A stretch of 64,000 nucleotides of DNA, taken from contig CAZSUV010000001.1 in assembly GCA_964610125.1 (NCBI GenBank), positions 253,240 through 317,239 on the forward strand, in the 5' to 3' direction. A program made the translations under genes and the position numbers. The notes beneath the pieces are model-generated. The model made no database searches, was not told where the DNA came from, and was given only the letters and a program-made list of their open reading frames with translations. Below are positions 39,306 to 49,086 of this stretch, piece after piece (positions within the stretch are counted from its first letter, which is position 1; each line of letters opens with the position of its first letter). This stretch comes from an uncultured Candidatus Saccharibacteria bacterium (lineage in GTDB: Bacteria; Patescibacteriota; Dojkabacteria; SC72).

Positions 39306-39980
39306 GTCAGTACCATATTCATCGGCTTTGGTTTGAGTTTCAAAACCATTCTCATTTAGAAGCTTTATTATGTTCTTGGAATTGCCGTTATTAATAGGGT
39401 GATATTCAATAAGAATATTTTTTACATATTTTAATTTATTTGATTCAATAAGCTCTTTTAATACTTCTGTCTCTGCTCCCTCAATATCCATTTTTAATAT
39501 ATCAATCTCTTCGGTTATATATTTACTTAATCGTTCACATTTAACATTTATAGGTGTGGATTTTTGTGTTCCATTCCAAGCATCTTTACTAAAACTTCCT
39601 GTGGAGAAAGCATCATTCCCAGAATTATCTATGTAAAAAATTCTAATCTCATCCTTGCTTCCTACCGCAATATTATGCAATTCAACATTGGTTAAATGAT
39701 TGTATTCCATATTCTCTTGCAGTATTGGGAATATATTTGAATTAGGCTCAAATGCAACAATCTTTGAATCAGGGTATTTAATCTTGAAGTACAGAATGGA
39801 AAGGCCTATGTGTGCACCAAGATCAAATATAACGGGAACGTTGTTCATTTTTCCATTCTTTTGGACTAAATCAACATTGTATATCTCCTTATTGAATATC
39901 TCATCCTTAAGAATATTGAATTCTTCCTTGTTGGTATATCCAATTTCATATCCTTGTATTTTAGAAATCATTGCTTGCAT
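39261..39980 (-). CDS. FkbM-family SAM-dependent methyltransferase
   Basis: 239 aa; DLGAHIGLSILYF motif I region. Confidence 0.55.
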   Translation of the reverse strand: MQAMISKIQGYEIGYTNKEEFNILKDEIFNKEIYNVDLVQKNGKMNNVPVIFDLGAHIGLSILYFKIKYPDSKIVAFEPNSNIFPILQENMEYNHLTNVELHNIAVGSKDEIRIFYIDNSGNDAFSTGSFSKDAWNGTQKSTPINVKCERLSKYITEEIDILKMDIEGAETEVLKELIESNKLKYVKNILIEYHPINNGNSKNIIKLLNENGFETQTKADEYGTDLINILAKNISKKSS

Positions 39981-39991
39981 AGTGGAAGTTT

Positions 39992-40023
39992 AACAAAAAA
40001 GCCCTGGAGTTATCCAGGGCTTT
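39992..40023 (-). terminator. Intrinsic terminator for the 40030..40662 gene
   Basis: AAAGCCCTGG-ataac-CCAGGGCTTT hairpin with T6 on the minus strand. Confidence 0.5.
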
Positions 40024-40029
40024 GATCAA

Positions 40030-40662
40030 TTACATAGCCTCAATCTTATTCATTACTGATTGTACCTTCGCAGCCCAGTTATTAGCTGATGGAGGACAAT
40101 ATGAATATGAGATACTTTTTGGAGTAGTCATACCCTTTGCATAGTATTTGGAAATACCCTTAGATACTGTCCATATACCTTCCTCCCAACTTGAGAATCC
40201 AGATTTACCCCATCCCCATGCATTGTAAGGTTTAAATGTATGCTTACCACCTTCAGATTCAATTACAGATATAGCTGCAACAATGTTGTAGTCTATACCG
40301 TATGTATCTGCAGCAGCTACAAATTCTTTAGCATAATCAGCAAGAGGAGCAGCTCTTTGACTTAAATATGCTTTAATTTTTGCAACTCTAATATCGGCAA
40401 CTTCATTTATAGTGATTTCTGCACTGTCAACAGAGATATACTCTGTACTTACAGCAGATACCTGACCTTGGTCAGCTAAGACTAAGTTTACAGGCATCTT
40501 GTCACTTATAACGTTCGCTACTAGGCCGAAACCTAAAACACCGACAATTACGCCTAATGTCTTTCTACCTTTTATAAATAATACTTTCATAGCAGTTAAT
40601 TTCAAGTTAATACCTATTTCTAGGTAAGTTATATTATACCATAAAAGCCCTATAGTAATCAA
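40030..40662 (-). CDS. Membrane-anchored peptidoglycan hydrolase (glucosaminidase/FlgJ-like domain)
   Basis: 210 aa; IESEGGKHTFKPYNAWGWGK resembles the AlaLESgWGkS...NNlFGiK glucosaminidase motif. Confidence 0.5.
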   Translation of the reverse strand: MITIGLLWYNITYLEIGINLKLTAMKVLFIKGRKTLGVIVGVLGFGLVANVISDKMPVNLVLADQGQVSAVSTEYISVDSAEITINEVADIRVAKIKAYLSQRAAPLADYAKEFVAAADTYGIDYNIVAAISVIESEGGKHTFKPYNAWGWGKSGFSSWEEGIWTVSKGISKYYAKGMTTPKSISYSYCPPSANNWAAKVQSVMNKIEAM

Positions 40663-40663
40663 A

Positions 40664-42373
40664 ATGGCAATATCGCAATGGGTGGTATATCATTTATCTA
40701 TGAAATCCATGGTGATTAATGATATTAAATACAAAAGACCTCCAAAAGGGCGAATCTCTATGTACGCCGCTATCCTTGCTCTGTTTTTTGCTTTCTTGTT
40801 TTTGTATATTCAGAACTTCAATACAGTAAACATTTTAATTGGTTTTAAAATCTTTAAGGTCAGATATGATACATATACTGTAGCTTTTGAGGGAAATGTC
40901 CCTGAGGAATACAAGACACTTGCAAAGGATAATGTTAAGGATATGGTATTTAACAAGAAGGAGAGGTTTAAGTTTGTAGATAGTAAAGCAGATATAACTA
41001 TACAATCGGAAAAGACAGATACTAATGTAGAAGTATTAAGTGAGACTTTAATACCAGTAGGCCATCTGTATTCACTAAAAACTGCTACGGATGAAGAAAA
41101 TATTAAAAGCATGAATGTCTATGTCTTGAGTGATACATATATCAATTTCCTAAAGGATCAATACGGGATTAATGCACAAAAGATAGATAATGTAGATGCT
41201 TTGGTAGCGAAGATGAAAGAATCAGATAGTAATGTTGGATTAATAACATATGATAGTCTCAACTTTAGTATGAAGATATTGAAGGTTGGGGATAAATATT
41301 ACTTAGATGATCATGATGCTGGTATACATATTCGTTTCTATGCTACTTTGGCTAAGGGAGTGGATTCATTTGCCTTGGATATATTGAAAAACAATATCTC
41401 AACCGATAGCAAGGTACCAGATACGGCAAGTCTTTTGAAGTTGAATATGTCGGGTGTTGTCGCAATATCAAGAGATTTGGGTGCTAAGATGAATTCGCTT
41501 CAAAACTATGACTATCCTGCCGAAAAGTTAGGTCCTTTCCTTTCGGATGCGGATTTAACACATATCTCTAATGAGGTCTCATTTGTTGATGGATGTGTGG
41601 TTGCTGCGGGTATGAGATTTTGTGCTAGGGATCAATATATGGAAAGTATTACCGCAAGTGGAGTAGATATTGTTGAATTAACAGGAAATCATAACAATGA
41701 CTATGGTAGTGCGAATAATGGTAGATCTATTGAGATGTATAAGGCTTTGGGTATGAAATACTTTGGTGGAGGATTGAATAATGAGGATGCTTCTAAGATA
41801 TTGTATGAGGATGTAGATGGTACTAAATTGGCATTCATTGGTTACAATTGGTACGATACTACTTACAAAACGGGAGCTATAGCTTGGAATGATAAACCTG
41901 GAGCTAATGAATATTCTTTGGAGAAGATGACTGCTAATATTGCTGAAGCTAAGACTAGTGCAGATGTAGTTATTGTTGATTTCCAATTTCAGGAGTGCTA
42001 TTGCTATCCTGATGGTGATGTTGTTTATCCTATTTGTTACAAACCTCTTGGTAATCCAGATCAGAAGGGCGTATTTAGAAAGGCTATTGATTTAGGCGCT
42101 ACCATTGTTCTTGGTACTCAAGCGCATCAACCTCAAACTTATGAATTGTATGGTGATGGTGTTATATATTACGGTTTGGGTAATTTGTATTTTGATCAAT
42201 GGAATTGGATTGGTACTAGGCAGGCTATGATTCTTACTCATTATTTTGATGATGGAAAGTATATTAATACTAAACTTACACCGATATATATGGATAGGAG
42301 TATGCAACCTGATTTTGCTACTGATGCACAGGCGGATCAGTTATTGAAATCACTTAAAACGGCTAGGGATTAA
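40664..42373 (+). CDS. CapA/PgsA-family metallophosphatase-like protein (poly-gamma-glutamate/capsule family) with N-terminal extension
   Basis: 569 aa; GNHNNDYGSANNGRSIEMYKALGMKYFGGGLNNEDA matches the CapA core; N-terminal TM; start codon uncertain. Confidence 0.65.
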   Translation: MAISQWVVYHLSMKSMVINDIKYKRPPKGRISMYAAILALFFAFLFLYIQNFNTVNILIGFKIFKVRYDTYTVAFEGNVPEEYKTLAKDNVKDMVFNKKERFKFVDSKADITIQSEKTDTNVEVLSETLIPVGHLYSLKTATDEENIKSMNVYVLSDTYINFLKDQYGINAQKIDNVDALVAKMKESDSNVGLITYDSLNFSMKILKVGDKYYLDDHDAGIHIRFYATLAKGVDSFALDILKNNISTDSKVPDTASLLKLNMSGVVAISRDLGAKMNSLQNYDYPAEKLGPFLSDADLTHISNEVSFVDGCVVAAGMRFCARDQYMESITASGVDIVELTGNHNNDYGSANNGRSIEMYKALGMKYFGGGLNNEDASKILYEDVDGTKLAFIGYNWYDTTYKTGAIAWNDKPGANEYSLEKMTANIAEAKTSADVVIVDFQFQECYCYPDGDVVYPICYKPLGNPDQKGVFRKAIDLGATIVLGTQAHQPQTYELYGDGVIYYGLGNLYFDQWNWIGTRQAMILTHYFDDGKYINTKLTPIYMDRSMQPDFATDAQADQLLKSLKTARD

Positions 42374-42431
42374 ATTCTATGTTACTCATCGAGGACGAAA
42401 TTGGATTCTCGTCCCCGATGTCTTGCAAATG

Positions 42432-42746
42432 CTATCTCTGTAAAATTTCTAGGAGTGATTCCTCTGGGGTAATTGAAGCAATTCGGTTCTGCTTCAGTAG
42501 TTCTAAGAGAAAAGTTTTTAATTTCTGAGTTTTCTCTTTTTTATTATCCCCGTCAATTGGAATTAGTGGCTCATTTTCTTTTTTCACCAAAATATCGATG
42601 TTATTAGGAGCTTTATCAATTGCTGATAAAACCTCTGATAATGGGGTGAATTGTAGGAAATATTCTTTCCCAGGCACAACAGATACTTTGACAAAGAGCT
42701 TTTTTCTTTCCATGTGCTTTCTCTCCTCCAGAGTTGTAAATGACAA
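42432..42746 (-). CDS. Hypothetical protein
   Basis: 104 aa. Confidence 0.3.
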   Translation of the reverse strand: MSFTTLEERKHMERKKLFVKVSVVPGKEYFLQFTPLSEVLSAIDKAPNNIDILVKKENEPLIPIDGDNKKEKTQKLKTFLLELLKQNRIASITPEESLLEILQR

Positions 42747-42835
42747 GAAGCCTCATTATACAACCCATAGAAAAGGTATTCAACAAAAAAAGGCAGGATG
42801 TACCTGCCTTTCTGAAATCACCCTTGAGAAACCTT

Positions 42836-43282
42836 TTACTTTATCTCAATCTCCTTAGGTTTAACCTCATTAGCTTTTGGCATCTTTATGGATAGTACTC
42901 CATCCTTAAATTCAGCCTCAGCCTTATCCGGATCTACCTTTGTAGGAAGATTAAATGATTGCTCATATGAAGATTCCATACTTCTGTAGTAATACTTCTT
43001 ACTCTCATCATCCGATTTTTCTTCCTTCTTGGTTTGTCCAGAGATTGTTACACAATCAGCCATAATATTAATCTTTATATCCTCTTTTTTAATACCTGGC
43101 ATAGCCATTTTTACAAATACATCATCTTTCTCTTCCCATAGGTCTGCAGAAAGCGATGGAGTATTAAAGAATGTAGGAGTTTCCCATACAGAAGGAGTAA
43201 AGAAATCATCAAATACCGATCTAATGGGGAAGAATGAAGATCGAAGAGGTCTTTCATTGTTATCTCTTGTTATAATTTTCAT
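42836..43282 (-). CDS. Hsp20/alpha-crystallin small heat-shock protein
   Basis: 148 aa; alpha-crystallin domain pattern (VFVKMAMPGIKKEDIKI...). Confidence 0.85.
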   Translation of the reverse strand: MKIITRDNNERPLRSSFFPIRSVFDDFFTPSVWETPTFFNTPSLSADLWEEKDDVFVKMAMPGIKKEDIKINIMADCVTISGQTKKEEKSDDESKKYYYRSMESSYEQSFNLPTKVDPDKAEAEFKDGVLSIKMPKANEVKPKEIEIK

Positions 43283-43347
43283 ATGTTTTTAATATATTAA
43301 AAATTAATTAGCAAATGATAATCCTGAGTGCTAACACTGTCAAGAGT

Positions 43348-44112
43348 CTACTTAATCCTGTAATATTCAAATAGATATTGTCCTGCTATACCAGCATATT
43401 TACCAAAATACTCTGTATACCACTTAGATATATCTTCATTCTTTGCATATGGTACTTGGTATATATCCTTAGCTATGTTGTACATCCATCTATCAATTGG
43501 AACTGTATCTAGATATCCAAGAGAGTAGAGTAATATACAATCTGCAACCTTTGGACCAATGCCAGGCATAGAAATTAGTATCTTCCTAATATCTTCCTTC
43601 TTCTTTGGTAATTGTATATCAGAAAGCAATTTAGATGTCTCCTTAAGATATGGAGCCCTGTACCCAATACTAGCCTTTTTAAGGTCCTCTATGGGGGCTA
43701 AGGCTAATGATTTAGGGGTTGGGAAGGTATTGTGTATGGTACCTGGAATTGGTGTCCCATATATTTGAGAGAGTACTCGAATACTTTTTCTAATGGCTGG
43801 GATATTTTTGTTGGTAGCTAGTATATATGATGTGGTTGTTAGGAGGAAATCTTGTTTCAATACTGTTATATTCTTTATGTGTTTTATTGCTTCATCAATA
43901 TGTTTATCCTTATTTATTTCTTTTTTAATGTTTTCATAGTCTAGGTGATTACCTAGATATTCATCCATATCTACCTTTTCATTAATCTGGGTTATCTTTC
44001 CTTGATCAATGATGATTAGGCCATTATGGGTAAAACCGTAATATTTGTTATCAATATAATCCCAGTTAAAGGCTTGACCGCCTAAGAGGGTTGTTTGAAG
44101 GTTTAGGTTCAT
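43348..44112 (-). CDS. HhH-GPD DNA glycosylase (Ogg/AlkA-like N-glycosylase/DNA lyase)
   Basis: 254 aa; HhH plus GPD: ISMPGIGPKVADCILLYSLGYLDTVPIDRWM. Confidence 0.7.
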   Translation of the reverse strand: MNLNLQTTLLGGQAFNWDYIDNKYYGFTHNGLIIIDQGKITQINEKVDMDEYLGNHLDYENIKKEINKDKHIDEAIKHIKNITVLKQDFLLTTTSYILATNKNIPAIRKSIRVLSQIYGTPIPGTIHNTFPTPKSLALAPIEDLKKASIGYRAPYLKETSKLLSDIQLPKKKEDIRKILISMPGIGPKVADCILLYSLGYLDTVPIDRWMYNIAKDIYQVPYAKNEDISKWYTEYFGKYAGIAGQYLFEYYRIK

Positions 44113-44167
44113 GATTGATTATACCGTATTGCCAATATGGAGATATAACGATATATTATAAGTTGTT

Positions 44168-45352
44168 ATGTCAGAAATGGATGCCGAACTACAACAAAAT
44201 TCGAGTGATATAATCTATTCTTCATTTGATCAAGCTGCAATTGAAGAAAAATATTATTGTAAAATAGATATAGATAGGGCTGAACAGGTCCTTTCTGCAG
44301 CGCTTTTCGAATATACCGATAATGAGCTTGGTTTTTTTAAAGAAAAGAATCAGGCGGAAGAAGAATTTATAAATTTCCTTAAAGAACAAAGAGAAACAAA
44401 GCAATTCATAACAACGTTTATCTTTCTAACAAGCATGATAACCTTTGGATCAGATAGTCAGATATTCTATGATACTTTGGTAAGAAAGAAAGGACAGTAT
44501 AAAAACTACCGTTGGCTTTTTGTTCCTGAAGAGGTTTGCAAAAGTAAATTATCTAGAAAAAAACAAAAGTGGGAGAAAGTTAATGGAGGAACGACCCTTT
44601 TCCCCAAAATCTTTATCACAGACCAAATGTTCAATGAACCTGAGGCAAACGGCTTTTTCCCTCATGATGAGGATGCTCTAGATTTTAACAAAGAATGGGA
44701 AAGATATATTGAACCTCACGGTCGTCAGGGAGATGCAATGATAGGGTGGTATCATAATTGTTGTGTTTTACATAAAACCTACCACGACAACATTTTTGAA
44801 TATTTTAATGCACATAATAATGATGCAAAAAAAATTCATGAAGCTTTGATTTTTAAACCCGGAGGAAAAACATCGAATAAAGAATTTAAAAGATTTGATA
44901 AGAAATTAGCTTCGCTATTTCTTCAGTGGGTGGGTAGATATGAGTTATATCCTCTAAGTAATCTAGATGAATTTGGGTTACCTATTGATCTTCATTTGTG
45001 CAGAATTGCTATGCAAACAGGAATTATAAATCCACAAATTGATCTTCCAAGAAAGGTTCTTGCATATGAAGTATTTTGGCCAATTGTAAACTATTTATGT
45101 AAGAAGAATAGTGATAAAGGTTGGAGACCAGCTGCAGTATCCGAAGCTTTGTGGGTTATTGGGAGTAGAGGATGTACACCGGATCAGAATGCATTGGCTC
45201 CATATTATACTTGTCCATTAAAAACGAAATGTATAGGAGCTATAAAGAAATTACCTAACGATGATGCTTTCTACCCAAGCCTTGAGACAATTAGAAAAAA
45301 TAAAAAAATTAATGCGTGGGGAGATTACAAAGAACTTCCATCTGGGAGTTGA
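44168..45352 (+). CDS. Hypothetical protein with HhH-like segment and 4-Cys C-terminal cluster
   Basis: 394 aa; KPGGKTSNKEF...FGLPIDLHLCRIAMQTGI resembles the EndoIII HhH-to-Asp region; C-terminal Cys at YLC, RGC, TCP, KCI. Confidence 0.35.
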   Translation: MSEMDAELQQNSSDIIYSSFDQAAIEEKYYCKIDIDRAEQVLSAALFEYTDNELGFFKEKNQAEEEFINFLKEQRETKQFITTFIFLTSMITFGSDSQIFYDTLVRKKGQYKNYRWLFVPEEVCKSKLSRKKQKWEKVNGGTTLFPKIFITDQMFNEPEANGFFPHDEDALDFNKEWERYIEPHGRQGDAMIGWYHNCCVLHKTYHDNIFEYFNAHNNDAKKIHEALIFKPGGKTSNKEFKRFDKKLASLFLQWVGRYELYPLSNLDEFGLPIDLHLCRIAMQTGIINPQIDLPRKVLAYEVFWPIVNYLCKKNSDKGWRPAAVSEALWVIGSRGCTPDQNALAPYYTCPLKTKCIGAIKKLPNDDAFYPSLETIRKNKKINAWGDYKELPSGS

Positions 45353-45383
45353 TGTAAATAATTATTAGTTATAAGCTAGATGC

Positions 45384-46442
45384 ATGGATATGCCAACTGA
45401 TTTAGAAAAAGAAGTATATGTGCAACCAATGCCTAAGATCTCTTTGAGAGACTTTCTTGAGAGCGCTGATCCTGACATTATACGAAGAGAGACCTTTCTG
45501 GTATCAGTAGAGGATGTAGTTTTTGCAGATAATATACGTCCGTTCGATGGAGAATTCATAGGTGAGTTAGCTAAAAATATTCTTGAGCAAGGACAGCTTC
45601 AAGAATGTATTGGGGATATTATTACAGATGAAAATGGGAATTTAAAAGTTAGAATTATTGCAGGGCAACATAGGAGTATGGCAATAATAAAGATTAATGA
45701 AGACGGAATACCTCTCCCAATTCGTATTAGTGTTGCCAATTGTACACTTTCCCCCGAGAAAGTTATTGAAATCCAAATGTCAGAAAATTTACATAACAAG
45801 ATGACGGCAGCTCAGGATGCAACAATTATTGTTGGGTACTGGAAGCGATACAATGAAATAAAGGAAGAAGCCAAAGAAAGAAAAATGTCTATAACTGACT
45901 TAGCGAGGAAAGTGGGTAGGAGCGTAGATACTGTTAAGAATGCAATAAAGTATGTTGAAGGTTTGAACCCCATCGTACAAAAGATGGTCGATGCAAAACT
46001 TCTTCCATATGGGAATGCAATTCTTCTTACTGAATTAGAACAAGGGGAAGGATATTATGATCAACAGGTGGTTTTGGCTGAACGTTTTGTTCGTGGTCGT
46101 TGGAGTACCAATCAAGCGAAGAAATATATGCAAAAACTTAAAGCAGAGAAACAATTTGCAGGACCACTATTTGGTGAAGCATGGGAGGGAATTAAAGCTG
46201 TACAAAGAATAATTGCAATAAAAACGGAGGCGGATCGTAATGGAAGAAGGGCATCTGGATGGCTTGTTAGTATGATGAAATTAGCAGAAATACTTGCTAA
46301 AAATAATTCTAAAGTTGATGTCTCTGAGGGAATTCAAAATGCTGTTGCTGAGTATGGAATTGGCTATACAGAATTTAAGGAATTTATGCGACCATTTATG
46401 ACAGAACATGATTTTAACAAACTATTTGCAAAAATTAAGTAA
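45384..46442 (+). CDS. ParB/Srx-fold (DGQHR/DUF262-like) N-terminal domain protein with ParB-type HTH
   Basis: 352 aa; VRIIAGQHRSMAI (DGQHR-like); HTH region SITDLARKVGRSVDTVKNAIKYVEGLNPIVQKMVDAKLLPYGNAILL. Confidence 0.6.
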   Translation: MDMPTDLEKEVYVQPMPKISLRDFLESADPDIIRRETFLVSVEDVVFADNIRPFDGEFIGELAKNILEQGQLQECIGDIITDENGNLKVRIIAGQHRSMAIIKINEDGIPLPIRISVANCTLSPEKVIEIQMSENLHNKMTAAQDATIIVGYWKRYNEIKEEAKERKMSITDLARKVGRSVDTVKNAIKYVEGLNPIVQKMVDAKLLPYGNAILLTELEQGEGYYDQQVVLAERFVRGRWSTNQAKKYMQKLKAEKQFAGPLFGEAWEGIKAVQRIIAIKTEADRNGRRASGWLVSMMKLAEILAKNNSKVDVSEGIQNAVAEYGIGYTEFKEFMRPFMTEHDFNKLFAKIK

Positions 46443-46461
46443 ATAGAAGTAAAATTATATT

Positions 46462-46902
46462 ATGAAATCCCTAATCATATATGATTCCTTCTTTGGTAAT
46501 ACCAAATTACTTGCTGAAACCATAGGTAAAGAATTAGGTAATGATACCAAAGTAATACATGTCTCTGACTTTAAACAAGAAGATCTAAAAGGTATAACCC
46601 TATTAATTGTTGGTAGTCCAATCTTAGGCTGGAGACCTTCAGAAAAGACAACAGCCTTCTTAATGAGCTTTGGTAAAGATCAATTAAAAGGTATAAAGGT
46701 CGCAACATTTGATACAAGAGTTAAACTATTTTTCCATGGGGATGCGACTAAAAAAATGTCTGAAATGCTTTCAAATCTAGGAGCCGAAGTCATAGTTGAA
46801 CCAAACTGGTTCATAGTTACCGGTAAGGAAGGACCATTAGCGGACGGAGAACTTGAGAGAGCAAAGGAGTGGGCTAAGAAAATATATGAAATAGTTGATT
46901 AA
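46462..46902 (+). CDS. Flavodoxin-like protein
   Basis: 146 aa; MKSLIIYDSFFGNTKLLAETI. Confidence 0.75.
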   Translation: MKSLIIYDSFFGNTKLLAETIGKELGNDTKVIHVSDFKQEDLKGITLLIVGSPILGWRPSEKTTAFLMSFGKDQLKGIKVATFDTRVKLFFHGDATKKMSEMLSNLGAEVIVEPNWFIVTGKEGPLADGELERAKEWAKKIYEIVD

Positions 46903-46916
46903 CCTCTTTTTTCACC

Positions 46917-47199
46917 ACATCCTTTTAGTGGATATTCCTCACAAAGTGCTCTAGAGAATTCAGTGAAAAAATTACACATATGCTTATCATCCTCTGAATG
47001 TGGAATTTCAAGTACTACCCAGATATGATCCTCTCTAAGGGTTCTTGGCTCTATGCCATGTAGGGTAACGATATTGGGATCGGTTATTATGGAAATATCA
47101 TTGAATGCAGAATTTTCCTTTTCTATTAGCCCAGATAGAATTTCAAGGTACTCTGGTGATAGGGTACATGAAAGATATTTTGGATCTAAACTATTCGAA
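46917..47199 (-). pseudogene. Start-less ORF (~94 codons); possible frameshifted gene remnant
   Basis: Minus-strand frame is open from the TAG inside the end of the upstream gene to TAA at 46917-46919, with no ATG/GTG/TTG for about 75 codons. A short out-of-frame ATG-ORF (MYPITRVP*) overlaps its 5' end. Confidence 0.25.
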
Positions 47200-47442
47200 C
47201 TATTTATGTAGTAATCTTCCTAAGAATATGAGCACTACAGCTCCTATTACAGCTACAATTAAGCTGTATATATTAAAGCCTGTTACTCCGACTTGACCAA
47301 AGAAATTCATAATCCAACCACCTACTACGGCACCTATGATACCTAGGAGTATGTCTTCCAACATTCCATGGTTACTCTTCATTATTAATCCTGCGATCCA
47401 TCCTGCTACTGCTCCTAACACTATCCAAAGTAATATACTCAT
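47200..47442 (-). CDS. GlsB/YeaQ/YmgE-family stress membrane protein
   Basis: Track ORF 47200..47514; family-typical core starts at MSILLWIVLGAVAGWIAGLIMK...GIIGAVVGGWI. Confidence 0.7.
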   Translation of the reverse strand: MSILLWIVLGAVAGWIAGLIMKSNHGMLEDILLGIIGAVVGGWIMNFFGQVGVTGFNIYSLIVAVIGAVVLIFLGRLLHK

Positions 47443-47507
47443 TTCCTTATCCTTCCTTAAAATTATTTCCATTCCTAATACTCTAACAGTACAGGTAAGG
47501 AGAGAGG

Positions 47508-48119
47508 GTGTCAATGAAGGGAAAAGTTTGTATAATGGAATCTATGAAATCTATTGTAGCAATCATAGCCATTGTTATAGCGATAGCAGGATATATTCCA
47601 TACATTAGGGATTGCATAAAGGGCACGACTAAACCTCATGTCATTAGTTGGTTTACATGGGCGTTAGTGTCATTCATTGCATTTGGAATTCAATTATTAA
47701 ACAAAGGTGGTTCAGGATCATATATCAATCTCGTAATGGGAATTTTATGTACTATTGTTTTCTTCTTCGGACTAAAGAATGGCACTAAGAATATTACAAA
47801 GACAGATTGGATTGCTTTTGGTTTAGCAATTGTTGCTATTATCCTATGGTTAATTGTTAAGCAACCTTTGTTATCTATTATTCTTGTTGTATTTATTGAT
47901 TTTATGTCATTCCTTCCTACATTATTAAAGGGTTGGAAGAAACCTTGGTCTGAAACGATCGTTACATTTGGTGTAAGTGCTATAAAGAATGGACTATCCA
48001 TATATGCTTTGAGCACATATTCCGTAGTAAATATATTATTCCCGGCATACAGCTTCATAGCTTGTACATACTTTGTAATAGTGTTGATATTAAGAAGGAG
48101 AGTGATAAAGAAGGAGTAG
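47508..48119 (+). CDS. Integral membrane protein, hypothetical
   Basis: 203 aa, about 6 TM helices. Confidence 0.45.
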   Translation: MSMKGKVCIMESMKSIVAIIAIVIAIAGYIPYIRDCIKGTTKPHVISWFTWALVSFIAFGIQLLNKGGSGSYINLVMGILCTIVFFFGLKNGTKNITKTDWIAFGLAIVAIILWLIVKQPLLSIILVVFIDFMSFLPTLLKGWKKPWSETIVTFGVSAIKNGLSIYALSTYSVVNILFPAYSFIACTYFVIVLILRRRVIKKE

Positions 48120-48165
48120 AAAGTTTGATTTCCAAACAAATCCCATAGGCGTATAATAATATATT

Positions 48166-49032
48166 ATGAGCAATTGGGCAGATTACAAAGTAGGTATGTC
48201 TTCTGAAGAGCTTGAAACATCAGGAATAGCCTTTGAAAGAAAACCTTGGGATATTGAAGGAGAACAATTCATAGGAATGTTATTTTCTGATCTCGTCCCA
48301 ATCCTATTAAAAGAATCTAGATTTTCCTATAATCGCTTCACTCCTCCCGATTGGATAGGTTCATATCAAGGAGGAATAATAGAAGCAACATTGAAATATT
48401 ATGGAATTAATCCTCACGAAGAAACATCTGAAGAACGAAAGACAGGTGAAGGGAAGGAACAGCTATACTGGCCAGTTGCGGTATTACCTGATGGAAGTAT
48501 GCGTGTCCCAGTAGGTACAATTCAAGACCTCTTCGCGGGAGGAGAAGATTCAGCCGTAGCATTAACTTCACGAGTTGTGTTAAATAATTTAAGTAGACCT
48601 GGGGAATATGGTGGAATAGCTCATTTCCCAATGTTAGATATTGTACATAGCCCTACAGAAGAAAATATAAAGTATTTGATAACAGCGGTAAGAGAGAAAT
48701 GTGGGTTAGAAAATTTCTTTGTAATACAATCTTCAGATAATGGAATGATGATTATTGGGGCGGAGCTATTTGATGAAGAGAATTTCGTTGCTTTACTGAT
48801 GGATTCCTTATTAATAAATCATGTAGAAACCAAGGGTATAGATGGTTTCTGGGTAGATGATAGATGGAATGCCCGTAGTACACAAAATGGTGTGGTAGAA
48901 ACTGGTGATAGATTAAATAGATGGAGATTCAATGGTGTATTAAGAATGGTTGCTAGTCTGCCAAATAAACCATGCAGACCATTTGTAAAAGCGGCTTTTT
49001 TAAATGGAGTTGTTTACGGGGTGTCCTGTTAA
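48166..49032 (+). CDS. Hypothetical protein
   Basis: 288 aa; no motif. Confidence 0.4.
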   Translation: MSNWADYKVGMSSEELETSGIAFERKPWDIEGEQFIGMLFSDLVPILLKESRFSYNRFTPPDWIGSYQGGIIEATLKYYGINPHEETSEERKTGEGKEQLYWPVAVLPDGSMRVPVGTIQDLFAGGEDSAVALTSRVVLNNLSRPGEYGGIAHFPMLDIVHSPTEENIKYLITAVREKCGLENFFVIQSSDNGMMIIGAELFDEENFVALLMDSLLINHVETKGIDGFWVDDRWNARSTQNGVVETGDRLNRWRFNGVLRMVASLPNKPCRPFVKAAFLNGVVYGVSC

Positions 49033-49086
49033 TTACCTTCTTTCGAAGAAAAATATCGGGACACCCCTCACTCTAAAAATCAAATA

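Noticed and set aside
47105-47296. Plus-strand 63-aa ORF
   Set aside because: Overlaps the YeaQ-family gene and the start-less ORF on the opposite strand; no support.
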